From: Nocardiopsis listeri
GTDB lineage: Bacteria; Actinomycetota; Actinomycetes; Streptosporangiales; Streptosporangiaceae
DNA length: 64,000 nucleotides
Direction of reading: 5' to 3'
Assembly: GCF_020741345.1 (NCBI RefSeq)
Contig: NZ_DYZD01000060.1
Span: 78-64,077, forward strand
How positions within the stretch are numbered: position 1 is the first letter of the stretch; each line of letters opens with the position of its first letter. A program made the position numbers and the translations under genes. Below, piece after piece: positions 27,169 to 36,324 of this stretch. The notes below the pieces were generated by a model that was not told the origin of the DNA, searched no databases, and saw nothing but the letters and a program-made list of their open reading frames with translations.

Positions 27169-28005
27169 TCAGGAAGGGGAGTCGCGCAGTTCCAGGGTGC
27201 AGCACTTGGCGCCGCCCCCGGCCTTGCGGAGTTCGTCGAGTTCGATCGGATGGACCGTGTATCCCAGGGACCGGAGCCTCTCGGCGAGCGCGGTGGCCTC
27301 GGCGGCGATGACCACGTTGCGGCCGTCACCGACGGCGTTCAGGCCCAGGACGGCCGCGTCCTCCTCGGTGGCCAGGAGCGCGTCGGGGTACAGGGCGCGC
27401 AGCACCCGACGGCTGCCCTCGGAGAACGCGCCCGGGTAGTAGGCGATCCGCTGTCCCGACAGGGCGAACAGCGCGGTGTCCAGGTGGTAGAAGCGCGGGT
27501 CGACCAGTTGCAGGGTGACGACCGGGCGATCCAGGAGTCGTTCTGCCTCCTGGTGGGCGGCGGCCTCGGTGCGAAAACCCGTGGCGGCCAGGATGACGTC
27601 GTCCAGGGTGATGAAGTCGCCCTCACCCTCGTTGACGTGTTTGGGTTCGTTGGTCTCGACGTAGCCGGCCTTGCGGAACCAGTCGAGGTAGGCGGGCCCT
27701 TCGGGGGTGCGTTCGGCGCTGGCGAACCGGGCCCCGTAGACCCGACCGTCCACGACCAGGCCACCGTTGGCGGCGAAGACCATGTCGGGCAGGCCTTCGA
27801 TGGGGGCTATCTCGCTCACGCGGTGCCCCAGGGACAGGTAGAGGTCGCGGAGCCCTTCCCACTGCCGAACGGCGCGGTCGCGGTCCACGCCCAAGGCGGG
27901 ATTCATCCAGGGGTTGATCGCGTATTCCACCGCGAAGTAGGTGGGACGGCACATCAAATAGTGCCGGGGCGCCGCCACCGGCGCCGGGTCTGCGGGTCGA
28001 GCCAT
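27169..28005 (-). CDS. ddaH: Dimethylargininase (DDAH)/amidinotransferase superfamily
   Basis: HYLMCRP..F.VEYAINPWM, LPDMVFAAN, EGEGD, FYHLDT, GGGAKCCTLE (catalytic Cys). Confidence 0.88.
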   Translation of the reverse strand: MARPADPAPVAAPRHYLMCRPTYFAVEYAINPWMNPALGVDRDRAVRQWEGLRDLYLSLGHRVSEIAPIEGLPDMVFAANGGLVVDGRVYGARFASAERTPEGPAYLDWFRKAGYVETNEPKHVNEGEGDFITLDDVILAATGFRTEAAAHQEAERLLDRPVVTLQLVDPRFYHLDTALFALSGQRIAYYPGAFSEGSRRVLRALYPDALLATEEDAAVLGLNAVGDGRNVVIAAEATALAERLRSLGYTVHPIELDELRKAGGGAKCCTLELRDSPS

Positions 28006-28044
28006 GGAACCTCCCCATCGAGGTGCCCCGGAGGCCGAACGGCC

Positions 28045-28077
28045 CGCGGTGGTTCAGGCCTTTACCACCGCGTTTTT
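28045..28077 (+). terminator. Intrinsic-terminator-like hairpin inside the DDAH/ADH divergent region
   Basis: 9-bp stem CGCGGTGGT/ACCACCGCG followed by TTTTT. Confidence 0.45.
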
Positions 28078-28267
28078 CCGGGCGGACATTCGTTGGATAC
28101 CCATACCGGGAGGGCGTCAATATCGACCTTTCCGCGAACGACTCGAAAACGGAAGGTTCCAACGCGCCCCGCCCCTCGCGATCCCGTTCGAGGACGCCCC
28201 CGACCAACAGACCGACCGGCCGGTATTGTTAGGGTCGCGCCAGTTCCCTGATTGGAGTACCCCCATC

Positions 28268-29362
28268 ATGAGCACGACCGTCAAGGCAGCCGTCTTCCAC
28301 GAGACCGGTGCACCCCCGAAGATCCGTTCCCTGGTCCTGCCCACCCCCGGCCCCGGGCAGGTACTGGTACGCCTGGCGGCGGCGGGTGTGTGTCACTCCG
28401 ACCTGTCCCTGTCCAACGGCACCCTGGCCCAGTCCTGGCCCGCCGTCCTGGGCCACGAGGGCGCCGGCACCGTCGAGGAGGTCGGCCCCGAAGTCGAACA
28501 TCTGACGCCCGGCCAACAGGTCGTCCTGAACTGGGCGCCCGCCTGTCGAGAGTGCTGGTTCTGCCTCCAGGGGGAGCCCTACCTGTGCGAACACGCCCTG
28601 GACGGCACCCTGACCCCCTACGCCGAACTGACCGACGGCACCCCCGTCTACGCCGGCTTGAGCACGGGCGCCTTCGCCGAGGCCACCGTCGTCTCGGCCA
28701 AGGCCGTGATCCCGCTGCCCGATGGGATCGACCCGGCGGTCGGGGCCGTGCTGGGATGTGCGGTGGTCACCGGATGGGGCGCCGTCAACAACGCCGCCCG
28801 ACTGCGCGAGGGGCAGTCCGCGGTGGTCCTGGGCTTGGGCGGGGTCGGTCTGTCCGTGCTCCAGGCGGCCCGGGTGGCCGGGGCCGGCCCTCTGATCGCG
28901 GTGGACGTCTCCCCCGACAAGGAGGAGTTGGCCCGCTCTTTGGGCGCCACCGACTTCCTGGTCGCCGACGGAAGCACCCACAAGGCCGTGCGGGGGCTGA
29001 CCGGCGGGCGCGGCGCCGACCACGCCTTCGAGGTGGTGGGCAAGGCCCAGGTGGTGCGCACGGCCTGGAACAGTGTGCGCCGGGGCGGAACCGTGACCGT
29101 GGTGGGCCTCGGCTCGGCCAAGGACGAGGTGTCCTTCAACGCCCTGGAACTGTTCCACCAGGGCCGTACCGTGCAGGGATGCGTGTACGGCTCCAGCGAC
29201 CCGGACCGGGACATCCCGCTGCTGGCCGAATCGGTGCGCTCCGGCGATCTGCGCCTGTCGGCGATGGTCACCGACGAGATCCCCCTGGAGGGTGTTCCCG
29301 AGGCCTTCGAACGCATGGGTCAGGGCAGGGGCGGGCGGTCACTGGTGCGGTTCGGGGCTTGA
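28268..29362 (+). CDS. Zinc-dependent alcohol dehydrogenase (class III-like, 364 aa)
   Basis: GVCHSD, GHEG, CRECWFC...C structural Zn site, GCAVVTG, GLGGVG. Confidence 0.92.
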   Translation: MSTTVKAAVFHETGAPPKIRSLVLPTPGPGQVLVRLAAAGVCHSDLSLSNGTLAQSWPAVLGHEGAGTVEEVGPEVEHLTPGQQVVLNWAPACRECWFCLQGEPYLCEHALDGTLTPYAELTDGTPVYAGLSTGAFAEATVVSAKAVIPLPDGIDPAVGAVLGCAVVTGWGAVNNAARLREGQSAVVLGLGGVGLSVLQAARVAGAGPLIAVDVSPDKEELARSLGATDFLVADGSTHKAVRGLTGGRGADHAFEVVGKAQVVRTAWNSVRRGGTVTVVGLGSAKDEVSFNALELFHQGRTVQGCVYGSSDPDRDIPLLAESVRSGDLRLSAMVTDEIPLEGVPEAFERMGQGRGGRSLVRFGA

Positions 29363-29368
29363 GAAGAG

Positions 29369-29413
29369 CGTTCGGGGGCCGTGGTGTCGGACGGACACCA
29401 CGGCCCCCGAACG
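29369..29413. terminator. Long hairpin between convergent ADH and DhaKL genes
   Basis: 20-bp perfect stem CGTTCGGGGGCCGTGGTGTC/GACACCACGGCCCCCGAACG; second hairpin at about 29419-29457. Confidence 0.75.
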
Positions 29414-29461
29414 GGGGCGTCCCCATGGGGGTCCCCTCACGGCACACCATGGGGACCCGTC

Positions 29462-31171
29462 TCAGGACAGGACGTCGCGCAGTTCCTCCAGGAACCGCAG
29501 GAGGGCCACCGAACCGGGGTCGCGCTCACCGGCCCCGCGCTCACCCACCCAGGCCGCACGACCCCTGGCCGACGTCAGTCCGCTGGTCTCCTCCACGGCG
29601 CGCCCGGCCGCGGAGGCCGCGTCCCGCGCGGCCGCCCTCGGGTCCTGTGCGCCGCTCAAGGCCTCCTCCACCGACAGCAGCCCGTCCACGAACGTCTTGT
29701 CGCCGGGCTCGGCGCCGCCTCGCTCCCGCACCCTGCGGGACACCGCGGCCGTGAGACGCGCGGCGTCACGGACCGAGATGGAGTCGGATTCCTCGCACTC
29801 GGCGGCCGCGGCGAGCAGGCCCGCGCCGGTCAAGGCCGCGAACGTGGAGGGATTGGCCGCCGCGAACGCCGTCGCCGCGGCGCGCAGCACGTCGGCGTGG
29901 TGCGCGTCCTCGGGCAGCGTCAGCAGCACCTCACGAACGGCCGACGCGCCCGAGGAGACCGTGATCCCCAGGTCACCGTCGCCGAGCCGCGAGTCCAGCA
30001 GGCGCAGTTCCTCCGCGTGGGAGGGCATGCGCTCCATGGCGGCGATCAGGGTGGTGCGCAGCGCGCTGACCGAACCGGTTCGGCGCACGGCGGGGGCCGC
30101 GCCCGCGCCCGACTCCGCACCCGGCGCACCCGCCTCTTCGGTACGCGCGCTCGGCGCGGGCGTGTTGCCCTGCCCGAAGAACGGGGACGCCGCCGGGGCG
30201 TCGATCAGTTCGGCCAGTTCGTCGTCGAGCAGCAGCACGGAAACCGAGGCACCCGCCATCTCCAGGCTCGTCGCGAACTCGCCGATGTAGCGCCGATGGA
30301 TGACCACACCGCGCTCCCCCAGCACCTGGTGGACCCGGCGGTAGATCAGGTAGAGCTCCTCCAGCGGGGTGGAGCCCAGTCCGTTCACCAGGACCACGAC
30401 CCGGTCCCCCGCCTCGGGGTCCAGTTCGCCGAGGATCTCGGTGAGGAAGCGGTCGGTGATCTGGTCGGCGGTCTCCAACGGGCCCCGGTGGCTTCCGGGT
30501 TCGCCGTGGATACCGATCCCGACCTCCATCTCCCCCTCGTCGAGGGTGAAGGTGGGTTCACCGGCGGCGGGCAGGATGGTGGGCGACAGGCCCACGCCCA
30601 TCGTGCGGGTGGCGTCCACGGTGCGCTGGGCCACCGACCGCACCTTCTCCAAATCGTCGCCGCGTTCGGCGGCGGCACCCGCCGTCTTGTAGGCGAAGAA
30701 CAACCCGGCCACCCCGCGCCTGGTCGCTTCCTTGCCACGGGGGGCGGAGAGCACGTCGTCGGTGCCCAGTACGGTCGCCGTCTCGATCCCCTCCGCCGCG
30801 ACGACGTCCCCGGCCAGGTCGAAGTTGTAGACGTCGCCGCCGTAGTTGCCGTACAGGTACAGCACACCGGCCCCGCCGTGGCTCGCACGCGTGGCGGCGG
30901 CGATCTGTTCTGCGGACGGGGAGGAGAAGACGTTGCCCACGGCCACCCCGGTGGCCAGGCCCTGTCCCACGTAGCCGAGGAACAAGGGGAGGTGACCGGA
31001 GCCACCCCCCGTCACGATGCCGACGCGTCCCCGGACGGGCGCGTCGGCGCGCACCAGCGCCCTGCGGTCGGCGGTCGCCGCGCGCAGCCGGTCGGGGTGC
31101 GCCATGAGCAGCGACTCGGTGACCTCGTCGACGAAGTCCTCGGGCCGGTTGATGATCTTCTTCAGCGCCAT
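29462..31171 (-). CDS. Dihydroxyacetone/triose kinase family, DhaK-DhaL fusion
   Basis: GGGSGHLP, GNVFSSP, GNYGGD, GIGIHGEPG (DhaK); LDSRLGDGDLG, PGDKTFVD, ARGRA (DhaL). Confidence 0.9.
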   Translation of the reverse strand: MALKKIINRPEDFVDEVTESLLMAHPDRLRAATADRRALVRADAPVRGRVGIVTGGGSGHLPLFLGYVGQGLATGVAVGNVFSSPSAEQIAAATRASHGGAGVLYLYGNYGGDVYNFDLAGDVVAAEGIETATVLGTDDVLSAPRGKEATRRGVAGLFFAYKTAGAAAERGDDLEKVRSVAQRTVDATRTMGVGLSPTILPAAGEPTFTLDEGEMEVGIGIHGEPGSHRGPLETADQITDRFLTEILGELDPEAGDRVVVLVNGLGSTPLEELYLIYRRVHQVLGERGVVIHRRYIGEFATSLEMAGASVSVLLLDDELAELIDAPAASPFFGQGNTPAPSARTEEAGAPGAESGAGAAPAVRRTGSVSALRTTLIAAMERMPSHAEELRLLDSRLGDGDLGITVSSGASAVREVLLTLPEDAHHADVLRAAATAFAAANPSTFAALTGAGLLAAAAECEESDSISVRDAARLTAAVSRRVRERGGAEPGDKTFVDGLLSVEEALSGAQDPRAAARDAASAAGRAVEETSGLTSARGRAAWVGERGAGERDPGSVALLRFLEELRDVLS

Positions 31172-31208
31172 GAGCGCTCACACACCTCTCGCACTAGCAC
31201 CGTCGGGT

Positions 31209-32078
31209 TCAGGCCAGGGACCGCGCGGTCTCCTTCAGGACCTCCAGGTCGGCCTCGGAGACGGCGTCACCGCACACGCGGGCGGGTCCGGCGGAGATCC
31301 CCTGCACCTCCAGGCCCGCCTTCAGGTGCGGGATGCTGCCGCTCTTGACCGCCGCCACAGCACGCTCCACCAGGGGCTGCGCGGCGCGCACGCCCTCGGT
31401 GTCACCGCTGTTGAGGGCGTCGCGAAGCGCCACGAACGGCTGGGGGAAGACGGAGGAGACGCCCGAGACCACACCCAGACCGCCCGCGCGCACGAACTCC
31501 TCGAAGGCGATGTCGTTGCCGGACAGGACGTCGAACCCTTCGGGGGCCTGCGCGAGGTAGGCGGCCACCGACTCGTCGCTCTCACCGCTGATCTTCACGC
31601 CGCGAACGCCGACGTCGCGCAGACGCCGCAGCACCGAGGGCTCGGCCGGGGTGGTGGAACGTGCCCGGAACAGGTAGGCGTGCACCTCGGCGTCGCCGGC
31701 CGCCGCCACCAGACGCTCGTAGTAGCGCACCATCGCATCCTCGGGAGAGGGCAGGAAGTAGGGGGTGATGGCGGCGAGCCGGGTCGCCCCGGCGGCCACG
31801 GAGGCGCGGACCAGGGACTCGGCCTGACGAGGCGCCGCCGCGCCGACGTGGGCGTAGACCCCCTCGGGTCCGAAGACGTCCAGGGCCAGGCGGATGACCT
31901 CGATGCGCTCGGTGTCGTCGAGGGCGGTGAACTCGCCGGTGGTGCCGGCGACGAACACACCGTCGACACCGCGGTCGCGGACCGCGGTGAACAGCGCCGT
32001 CGCGCTGCCCGGGTCGAGGGCCTCGTCACGGGCGAACGGGGTGGGAAGGGCGGTGATCACCTTCGCGTGGACGGACAT
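31209..32078 (-). CDS. DHDPS/N-acetylneuraminate lyase family aldolase or dehydratase (289 aa)
   Basis: TALPTPF, AGTTGEF, AHVGA, ITPYF, GVKISG (Schiff-base Lys), GVVSGVSSVFP. Confidence 0.85.
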   Translation of the reverse strand: MSVHAKVITALPTPFARDEALDPGSATALFTAVRDRGVDGVFVAGTTGEFTALDDTERIEVIRLALDVFGPEGVYAHVGAAAPRQAESLVRASVAAGATRLAAITPYFLPSPEDAMVRYYERLVAAAGDAEVHAYLFRARSTTPAEPSVLRRLRDVGVRGVKISGESDESVAAYLAQAPEGFDVLSGNDIAFEEFVRAGGLGVVSGVSSVFPQPFVALRDALNSGDTEGVRAAQPLVERAVAAVKSGSIPHLKAGLEVQGISAGPARVCGDAVSEADLEVLKETARSLA

Positions 32079-32128
32079 GGGTGTTTCTCCTCGGGTGGGA
32101 AGGGGCGGGAAGGGTGGCCGCCGCCGGG

Positions 32129-33640
32129 TCAGGACGTTGGAGTGGTGGCGCTCTCGGCGGAGCGGGCACGGCGTGCGCGCCAGGCGTTGCGGATCGGCGG
32201 CACGATGAGGGCGAGCGCGCTCACGGCCAGCAGACCGAGGGCGATGGGGCTGGTCAGGATGTTCGCCGGCCCGCCGATCTCCAGGGCTCGGCGAAGGTTG
32301 CCCTCGGCCAGACCACCGAGGATCAGGCCCAGGACGACCGGGCCGGGAGGGATGCCGAAGCGCTTCAGGAACAGACCGATGACACCGAAGACGAGCATCA
32401 CGGCCACGTCGAAGACACTGTTGTTCACGGCGTAGGTGCCGACCATGCAGAACACGAGGATGACGGCCCACAGGAAATGCTGCGGCAGTTCCAGGAGCTT
32501 GGCCACTCCCCGCATGCGCAGGACGCTGATCACGAGCGCGACGATGGTCGCGATGACCATGATCCCGGCGATGCTGTAGACGAGGTCGGGCTGGTTGGAG
32601 AACAGGGACGGGCCCGGTTGGATGCCCCAGACCACCATGGAGCCGATCATCACGGCCATCACGGAGTCGCCGGGCAGGCCCAGGGCCAGGGTCGTGGTGA
32701 CCGAACCGCCCAGGGTGGAGTTGGACGAGGTGTCCGCGGCGGTGATGCCCTCCAGCGAGCCCTTACCGAACTCCTCGGGTCGCTTGGAGAGCCGGCGTGC
32801 CTGATCCCAGCCGAGGATGCCGGCGATGTCGCCGCCGGTGGCGGGCACGATGCCGACCACGCCGCCCACGCCGCTGCCGATGGCCAACGGCTTGAGCATG
32901 GTGCGCCAGTCCCGACGGGTGGGGAACCAGCGACCGAAGTCCTTGATCGGTTCCACCCCGCGGCCCTTGCGGTGCACGAGGATCTGGTTCATCACCTCGG
33001 CGATGCCGAAGAGTCCGATGATCGCTGCGATGAAGGGAATGCCGTCGGAGAGTTCGGACGCACCGAAGGTGAACCGAGGCGTACCGGTGATGGGGTCGCG
33101 GCCCACGGTGGCCAGGAGCAGACCGAATCCGCCCGCGATGAGGCCCTTGACGATCCGCCCGCCGGACACACCGATCATCATCGTCAGACCGAACACGACC
33201 AGCGCGAACATCTCGGCGGGGCCGAAGTTCAGGGCCAGCCTGGACAGCGGGATCGCGGCGACCATGAGCAGGACGATGCCCACGAGCGTTCCCCACGCCG
33301 AGGCGAAGGCGGACGAGGTCAGCGCCAGTCCCGCCTGGCCCTTGCGGGCCATGGCGTAGCCGTCGAAGGTGGTGGCGATGGACGCCGGGGTGCCAGGGGT
33401 GTTGATGAGGATCGCCGGCACCCGGTCGCCGAAGTTCGCCGACACGTAGATCGTCAGCAGGACCGCCAGGCCCGGAAGCGGATCCAGCGAGAGCGTGAAA
33501 CCACTGGCCAGGGCGACGGCCATGGTGGCGGTCACACCGGGGAAGGCGCCGACGAGCATGCCCAGCAGGGCGCCCGCGGCGATGCACAGCAGGACCAAGG
33601 GGTCCAGGAGGGCGCTGAAGCCCTCGACGATCGGACTCAT
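32129..33640 (-). CDS. tctA: Tripartite tricarboxylate transporter large membrane subunit
   Basis: LLGMLVGAFPG, ILINTPGTPAS, TTFDGY, GIVPATGG, TSSNSTLGG, LGLPGDS. Confidence 0.92.
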   Translation of the reverse strand: MSPIVEGFSALLDPLVLLCIAAGALLGMLVGAFPGVTATMAVALASGFTLSLDPLPGLAVLLTIYVSANFGDRVPAILINTPGTPASIATTFDGYAMARKGQAGLALTSSAFASAWGTLVGIVLLMVAAIPLSRLALNFGPAEMFALVVFGLTMMIGVSGGRIVKGLIAGGFGLLLATVGRDPITGTPRFTFGASELSDGIPFIAAIIGLFGIAEVMNQILVHRKGRGVEPIKDFGRWFPTRRDWRTMLKPLAIGSGVGGVVGIVPATGGDIAGILGWDQARRLSKRPEEFGKGSLEGITAADTSSNSTLGGSVTTTLALGLPGDSVMAVMIGSMVVWGIQPGPSLFSNQPDLVYSIAGIMVIATIVALVISVLRMRGVAKLLELPQHFLWAVILVFCMVGTYAVNNSVFDVAVMLVFGVIGLFLKRFGIPPGPVVLGLILGGLAEGNLRRALEIGGPANILTSPIALGLLAVSALALIVPPIRNAWRARRARSAESATTPTS

Positions 33641-34140
33641 AGTGGCACTCTCAGGAGGACGCCGAACAGAAGGTAGAGAATCGCGGTCACGGCGACCGGG
33701 AAGAGGATCAACGCCTTCCACCCGCGGCCGCCGCCCAACCAGGTCAGGGCGATGAACAGCGCCAACGTGGAGACCCGGAAGTCGATGAAGTACCAAAGGA
33801 CGCCGTAGCCCACGATCGAGGCGAGCATCGCGGTGAGTCGCCACGCACCCTGGCGGGTGGCCTCTTCGGGCACGTCCTCCTCCACCGTGACGGTCGGGCG
33901 GAACAGCACCCCCGCGGCCAGGCACACGCTCAGCAGCAGGATGAATACGGCCAACAGCTCCGGCCACCATCGCGGGCTGAACTGGGTGAGGCGGGCCCCC
34001 TCCGGGATCTGCGAGGCGAGGACGAAGGCGACCACGGCGAAGGCCGCGGCGGCCAGGGCGGGAAGCAGGTCCCGCAGTCTGCGTCCCGGACGCGCCGTGC
34101 TCGTGGCGGGCGCGTCCGGGTTCGTGGTCGTGTCACTCAC
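33637..34140 (-). CDS. tctB: Tripartite tricarboxylate transporter small membrane subunit
   Basis: Four TM-like helices, FSPRWWP, C-terminal LFGVLLRVPL; overlaps tctA by 4 nt. Confidence 0.85.
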   Translation of the reverse strand: MSDTTTNPDAPATSTARPGRRLRDLLPALAAAAFAVVAFVLASQIPEGARLTQFSPRWWPELLAVFILLLSVCLAAGVLFRPTVTVEEDVPEEATRQGAWRLTAMLASIVGYGVLWYFIDFRVSTLALFIALTWLGGGRGWKALILFPVAVTAILYLLFGVLLRVPL

Positions 34141-34145
34141 GGGGC

Positions 34146-35117
34146 TCAGTCCTGGCCTTCGAGCAGCTCGCCGAAGCGGGCGTACTCCTCGTCGACGAAC
34201 TCGGCGAACTCGTCCGAGGGCACGTTGACGGGGATGTTGCCCGAGTCGGTGATGATCGTCTGGAACTCCTCGGAGGAGGCCCCCTCGGCGAACGCCTCCT
34301 CCAGCGTGGAACGGACCCCGTCGGGCAGGCCGGTCGGCGCGCCGATGCCGCCCCAGCCACCGATCACGATGTCCACGCCCTGTTCGGTGGCGGTCTGCAC
34401 GTCGGGCAGCGACTCGGAGGGCTCGGCGTCGAAGACGGCCAGGACACGGAGTTGGTCGTCGGCGTGCGCCGGAGCGGTCTCGGAGATGCCCGCGACCACG
34501 GCGTCGACCTGACCGCCGACGGCGGCCGTGACGGCGGGGGCGCCGCCGTCGAAGGGCACCGGCTGGAACTCGGTGTCGGTGACCCGGCCCAGCTCGGTGG
34601 TGGCGGCCTCCCAGATGGAACCCGCGCCCGAGTTGGACACCGCGATGGAGCCGGGCTCGGAGCGAGCGGCCTCGACCAGGTCCTCCAGGGTCTGGTAGGG
34701 GCTGTCCTCGGGGACGGCGATGGTGGCGGGGACCGACACCATCTGGCCGATGAGGTCGTAGTCGGCCGGGTCGACCTCGTAGCCCTGGTAACCGAGCATG
34801 ACGCTCTCGACCGGCAGGTAGCCGATGGTGTAACCGTCGGCCGACTTTCCGGCGAGGTTCTCCAGGCCTACGGACCCGGCGCCGCCGCTGCGGTTCTCCA
34901 CGACGATGCTCTGCCCCAGGGTGTTCTCCATTTCGGAGGCCAGGGTGCGGGCCGCGAGGTCGGAGGCGCCTCCGGCCTCGTAGGGCACGACGAGGGTGAG
35001 TTCCTGGCTGGGGTAGTCCGAGGCGTCCTCGTTGACGCCGCCCCGGTCGGCGCAGCCGGCGGTGAGAGCGGTGATCGCCAGTGCGGCCGCGGACAAGCGG
35101 AAGGTGGTGGAACGCAT
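34146..35117 (-). CDS. tctC: Tripartite tricarboxylate transporter substrate-binding lipoprotein (323 aa)
   Basis: Lipobox ALTAGC; YPSQELTLVVPYEAGGASD, ENRSGGAG, PFDGGAPAVTA. Confidence 0.92.
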   Translation of the reverse strand: MRSTTFRLSAAALAITALTAGCADRGGVNEDASDYPSQELTLVVPYEAGGASDLAARTLASEMENTLGQSIVVENRSGGAGSVGLENLAGKSADGYTIGYLPVESVMLGYQGYEVDPADYDLIGQMVSVPATIAVPEDSPYQTLEDLVEAARSEPGSIAVSNSGAGSIWEAATTELGRVTDTEFQPVPFDGGAPAVTAAVGGQVDAVVAGISETAPAHADDQLRVLAVFDAEPSESLPDVQTATEQGVDIVIGGWGGIGAPTGLPDGVRSTLEEAFAEGASSEEFQTIITDSGNIPVNVPSDEFAEFVDEEYARFGELLEGQD

Positions 35118-35204
35118 GGTGTTCTCCGATTTCGGTGGAACCGGCTCCCTGGAAGGGTCGCGGAACATGGGCCGAGGGTCTTCGGGACGGGCCGTCCCGT
35201 GGGA

Positions 35205-35873
35205 TCAGTTGGACGTGGGCTGTGTGTAAGGGGCCCTGAGCCGGAGCCTGGCGTTGTCCAGGTGGCCGCGGAGCTCGTCGAAGACGGCGTCGGGCTCACC
35301 GGACTCGATCAGGTCGGCGAGGATCTCGTGCGCGCGGACGGAGGGGCCCAGGTCCTCGTAGCGCTCGTTGGAGGCCAGCAGGAGCACCTCGATGGTGGGC
35401 CGGTACTGCGCCCACACGTCGGCGAGGCGCCGGTGTCCGGCGACGTCGTAGAAGACCGAGTGGAAGTGCACGTCGGCGGCGGTGAAGGCGTCGGGATCCC
35501 GGTCCTCTCGGGCCTTGCGCATCCGCTCCAGGGGAGCGCGCAGGCCGTCGGTGAGCCTGTCCCGGTCCTTGTTCAGCCCGATCTCCAAGGCGAGCCGTTC
35601 GAGGGATCCGCGCAGCGAGAAGAGTTCGTCGATGTCGTCCCCGCCCAGGCCCACGACGGTGGCGCTGCGGCGGTTGGTGTCGATGAGCCCCTCGGAGGCG
35701 AGGATCTTGAGGGCGTCGCGGATGGGTCCGCGACTCAGGTCGAACTGCTCGGCCAGGTGGCCCTCGACCAGTGACGCACCGGGAGCGTAGCGCCCGGTGA
35801 TGATCAGGCGCCGGAGTTCTCCGGCGACCTTCTCGCCGAGTGCCCGTTGCTTGATGGGCAGGATCTCCGACAT
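35205..35873 (-). CDS. GntR-family (FadR/FCD) regulator
   Basis: LRRLIITGRYAPGASL.E..LAEQFDLSRGPIRDAL wHTH; ADVHFH, AHEIL in FCD domain. Confidence 0.92.
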   Translation of the reverse strand: MSEILPIKQRALGEKVAGELRRLIITGRYAPGASLVEGHLAEQFDLSRGPIRDALKILASEGLIDTNRRSATVVGLGGDDIDELFSLRGSLERLALEIGLNKDRDRLTDGLRAPLERMRKAREDRDPDAFTAADVHFHSVFYDVAGHRRLADVWAQYRPTIEVLLLASNERYEDLGPSVRAHEILADLIESGEPDAVFDELRGHLDNARLRLRAPYTQPTSN

Positions 35874-35884
35874 GTCGTCCTTTC

Positions 35885-35906
35885 GGTTAACTGTTAACGG
35901 TTAACC
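35885..35906. promoter_or_regulatory. Candidate GntR operator: triple GTTAAC near-palindrome
   Basis: GGTTAACTGTTAACGGTTAACC immediately upstream of the gntR RBS; very AT-rich for this genome. Confidence 0.65.
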
Positions 35907-36211
35907 AGATTGGATCACGGTGTGACGTGTGTCAACTGTCGACCCATAACGTGTTCCATGCGCCCGATGCCCGATTCCACGGAAACCCTTGCGCCACCGG
36001 ACCTCCGGACTCCTCGCGGACCGAAAAAACAGATGGAGCACCTGACCCCGGATAATCCCGGAGGGCGACCATTCCAACACCCAGAGCCACGAACAGGTGT
36101 CCGCGGGATGAACGCAGGGAGCCCACCGGGTGCCCTCACCGCCGGGTGCGCTCTCGGGTGTTCACCCTTCTCGCGGATTCACGCCGTGCGCTCACGCCCG
36201 GTGACGGCCGG

Positions 36212-36230
36212 TTTGTCACCACCTGACAAA
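36212..36230. promoter_or_regulatory. Perfect 7-5-7 inverted repeat upstream of FAD dehydrogenase
   Basis: TTTGTCA-CCACC-TGACAAA. Confidence 0.5.
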
Positions 36231-36324
36231 GGATGTGGTGCCCGGCGCACACGCCCCTTGCCGTTGGACCCGGGCCGGTGCACAGTCTTCATCACCACGT
36301 ACCAGGACCGGCGAGGAGTCACCC

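Noticed and set aside
29369-29457. Long intergenic hairpins (also 42504-42556, 52295-52348) as MITEs or CRISPR repeats
   Set aside because: Each has a unique sequence, lies between convergent genes, and shows no spacers, target-site duplication or cas genes; best explained as terminators.
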